From positions 29,122-93,121 of the forward strand of contig CANOYR010000001.1 of NCBI GenBank assembly GCA_947571655.1: a stretch of 64,000 nt of DNA, read 5' to 3'. The DNA is from an uncultured Bacillales bacterium (GTDB taxonomy: Bacteria; Bacillota_I; Bacilli_A; RF39; UBA660). A model generated the notes under the pieces. It was given only the letters and a program-made list of their open reading frames with translations. It made no database searches and had not been told where the DNA came from. The stretch's first letter is position 1; the number at the start of each line of letters is the position of its first letter. This document shows, one piece after another, positions 61,334-64,000 of the stretch. Position numbers and translations under genes: made by a program.

Positions 61334-62809
61334 TTATAATACAATAGCGATCATATTATTAGACCCTTTATTAACAATTTTAGTTAATGTATTTTGAAGT
61401 TTAAAACGAATATTATCTGGCATCATACTAATCTTTGACTGAATTCCTTCTTGAACAATCGCATCCAAACTACGGCCAAAAATTTCACTCTTCCAAATAC
61501 TAGATGGGTTAGTTTCATAATCCTTCATTAAATAATTAATAAGTTCTTTACTCTGTAATTCGCTTCCAATAATTGGTTCAAAAGTACTATTCACATCCAC
61601 TCGAATCATATGAATAGAGGAAGCAGTTGCTCGAAGTTTAACTCCATACCTCGGACCTTGTTTTGTAATCTCTGGAGTATCTAATTTCATATCATCTAAC
61701 GTTGGGGAAGCTACGCCATAACCCGTTTGTTTCACCATTTTTAGTGCATATTTAATTTGGTCATACTCTTTCTTTGCTTCATTAAAATCTTGAAATAAAG
61801 ATAGTAAATCCGCCTTATTTTGAACATCAATTTGAATAATATCCGTTAAGGCACGTTGATAAAGATCATCAGGAGCTTCTAAATTAATAGTAATCTCCCC
61901 AGTCGAAGGATTAACCTCTGACAAATAAGACTTAGAAATATTTTCAATTCCCATAAAATGCCCTGTTATTTTTTCAACATCTCGTAATTTATTAACCTCA
62001 ACAACACTATCCCTAATCGCATCGATATAACACTTCTTAATCGCATGATCAGGCTTCAAAATCGCAATCCACTCTGGCATATTTACCTTTACTTCTAAGA
62101 TTGGAAATTCATACAAAGCTTCTCGTAAAATATCATACATATCCTTCTGATTCATATTCTCAATATTCATTGGTAATACTGGAATCTGATGTTCTTCTTT
62201 TAATTTCTCACAAATTTTTTCTGTATCTGGAAGCATTGGATGAGTGGAATTCACAATTACAATAAAAGGCTTTCCTAATTCTTTTAACTCACGAATCACG
62301 CGTCCTTCCGCTTCTAGATAATCACTTCGATTAAATTCTCCAATCGAACCATCTGTAGTAACAACAATTCCAATAGTCGAATGATCACGAATTACCTTTT
62401 CTGTTCCTACCTCTGCCGCTTCGCTAAAAGCAATTGGTTCATCATACCAAGGGGTTTTTACGAGCCTTGGACCATTTTCATCTTCAGCACCCTTTACATT
62501 ATCAATCAAATATCCAACACAATCAATCAATCGAATATTACAAGAAAAGTCATCAATCTGAATTTTAGCAGCATTATTTGGAACAAATTTTGGTTCTGTT
62601 GTCATAATTGTCTTTCCTGCAGCACTTTGAGGAACCTCATCTAGGGCTCTCTTTCGTTCATACTCATCTTCGATATTAGGAACAATTAAATTTTCCACAA
62701 CTTTCTTAATAAAAGTACTTTTTCCAGTACGAACAGCACCAACAACACCTAAATAAATATCTCCTCCTGTCCGACTGGCAATATTTTTAATGATTTCTTT
62801 TTTATCCAT
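61334..62809 (-). CDS. spoIVA: Stage IV sporulation protein A
   Basis: RTGGDIYLGVVGAVRTGKSTFIK, TTEPKFVP, DCVGY, TTDGSI, PIIGSE. Confidence 0.98.
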   Translation of the reverse strand: MDKKEIIKNIASRTGGDIYLGVVGAVRTGKSTFIKKVVENLIVPNIEDEYERKRALDEVPQSAAGKTIMTTEPKFVPNNAAKIQIDDFSCNIRLIDCVGYLIDNVKGAEDENGPRLVKTPWYDEPIAFSEAAEVGTEKVIRDHSTIGIVVTTDGSIGEFNRSDYLEAEGRVIRELKELGKPFIVIVNSTHPMLPDTEKICEKLKEEHQIPVLPMNIENMNQKDMYDILREALYEFPILEVKVNMPEWIAILKPDHAIKKCYIDAIRDSVVEVNKLRDVEKITGHFMGIENISKSYLSEVNPSTGEITINLEAPDDLYQRALTDIIQIDVQNKADLLSLFQDFNEAKKEYDQIKYALKMVKQTGYGVASPTLDDMKLDTPEITKQGPRYGVKLRATASSIHMIRVDVNSTFEPIIGSELQSKELINYLMKDYETNPSSIWKSEIFGRSLDAIVQEGIQSKISMMPDNIRFKLQNTLTKIVNKGSNNMIAIVL

Positions 62810-62839
62810 ACACTCTAACACTCACTTTCTGTTCACTTA

Positions 62840-62866
62840 ACTATATGAAATAAAAAAAAGAGATAT
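62840..62866 (-). promoter_or_regulatory. SigE-like promoter of spoIVA
   Basis: ATA-N16-CATATAGT on - strand; spoIVA is SigE-dependent in B. subtilis. Confidence 0.65.
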
Positions 62867-62923
62867 TCCAAATCCCTTCATTATCTCCATCAACTTTTCG
62901 TTATAAAAATATCAAAACAGCAA

Positions 62924-63805
62924 TTAAAATTCGATTGTAATGATGAAGAAGCCATTTGTATACTTCGAAATGATTTTTCCACCCAAGAATTCTACTAACT
63001 GTTTCGCAATCGATAAACCAATTCCATTCGATTTCTTAGCATTTTCTACAGTATAATACCTGTCAAACATTTTCTCCAAACTAGTAGAATCCAATTGATT
63101 TGTTTTATTTGAAAATTCGATTGTGCCATTACTATACATTTTTACATGAAAATCACGTTCACCATATTTAATCGCATTCGATATAATATTTTCAAAAATC
63201 CTTTTCAGCATATTTTCATTTAATAATCGAATAACCCTATCATCACATATTTCTATCTTTGGAGTAATCTGATATTCTTTAAATAAACCATAAAAACTAA
63301 CAATAGAATCTTCTAAAATATCATTCATACAAACATTTTTTTTTTTTAACTCATTTTGTAAATCAATACTTTTAGAAAAACCAAAAAGCTGTTCCGTAAG
63401 AATTATTAAATCTTTTACCTTATCATCAATCACTTTTAAATAATTCCTCTGCTTTTTATTAAGAGCATTACTATCTATAAGATCAAGATAACCCCTAATC
63501 GCAGTAAGAGGCGTTCTTAAATCGTGTGATATATTAGTAATTGATGATTTAAGCTCTTGATTTCCATTTTTATATTCAAGCTCCAATTTTCGTAATTCTT
63601 TTAAATAATCATTAAGAAAACTTGCTAAATTTTTCAAATCTCAATTATTGGTACTAATGGTAATTAAATTATTTGTATCTGATTTTAAAATACTTGTTAA
63701 AGACTCACCAATATTACTGATTTCATTTTTCATTATTAAAATTTTAAAAGTTAAAAATATTGATATACATAATACTATTAAAAATAAATAAAACCAGATA
63801 CTCAT
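62924..63805 (-). pseudogene. Sensor histidine kinase with in-frame TGA
   Basis: ATG at 63805 with GGTGA RBS gives MSIWFYLFLIVLC...TISTNN*DLKNLASF; TGA at 63641-63643 in frame with HDLRTPL, NAIKYG, GIGLSIA. Confidence 0.8.
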
Positions 63806-63818
63806 AAAAATCACCTAC

Positions 63819-64000
63819 TTACTTTAATTCTTTTTTCTTAAATAGAACTAATCCTGCTCCAGTAAATATTACTAAAATCCCTAATGAATAAAGTGGTAAT
63901 ATTTTTATATTTGGAGCAGATCTTCCAGCCACTTGGAACATTTGTCCTGCTGGGTTAATGTCTAGTAAGGTTTGACATACTTTCTTTTTTGTTTCACTTG
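63819..64000 (-). CDS. ABC permease C-terminus, truncated by window edge
   Basis: ...DINPAGQMFQV...LYSLGILVIFTGAGLVLFKKKELK* typical ABC-2 permease end. Confidence 0.7.
   Translation of the reverse strand, partial: SETKKKVCQTLLDINPAGQMFQVAGRSAPNIKILPLYSLGILVIFTGAGLVLFKKKELK

Overview
AT-rich chromosomal window from a Bacillota bacterium using genetic code 11. Gene content and order (recU-ponA, gpsB-rnpB, dnaD-nth, spoIVA-hup, recA-rny, ftsY-ylxM-ffh, type B RNase P, T-box) suggest a compact-genome Bacilli lineage such as RF39; that placement is inference. Most genes lie on the - strand. The housekeeping backbone includes serS, pflBA, ligA, pcrA, recX, rpoZ, ffh, ftsY, rnj, rny, recA, pgsA, rnpB, recU, ponA, nth, dnaD, cca and hup. 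Interleaved with it are: (i) endospore genes (spoIVA, spoVS, CotD-like, BclA-like collagen plus a GT2-TPR glycosyltransferase) with recurring sporulation-sigma-like promoter motifs; (ii) orphan genes wedged into housekeeping operons (two paralogous membrane HExxH peptidases, a solo HipA-like kinase, a partnerless HerA ATPase plus DUF5684-like membrane protein inside the SRP operon, a two-repeat unknown protein); (iii) surface proteins (VWA + ~25 LRR, two paralogues with an 8-Cys/WxxWS tip, GH25); (iv) two disrupted genes (ABC permease with an in-frame TAG and an 11-bp duplication; sensor kinase with an in-frame TGA). I saw no CRISPR array, rRNA, tRNA, IS, integrase or prophage. All family assignments come from motif recognition by eye, not database searches.
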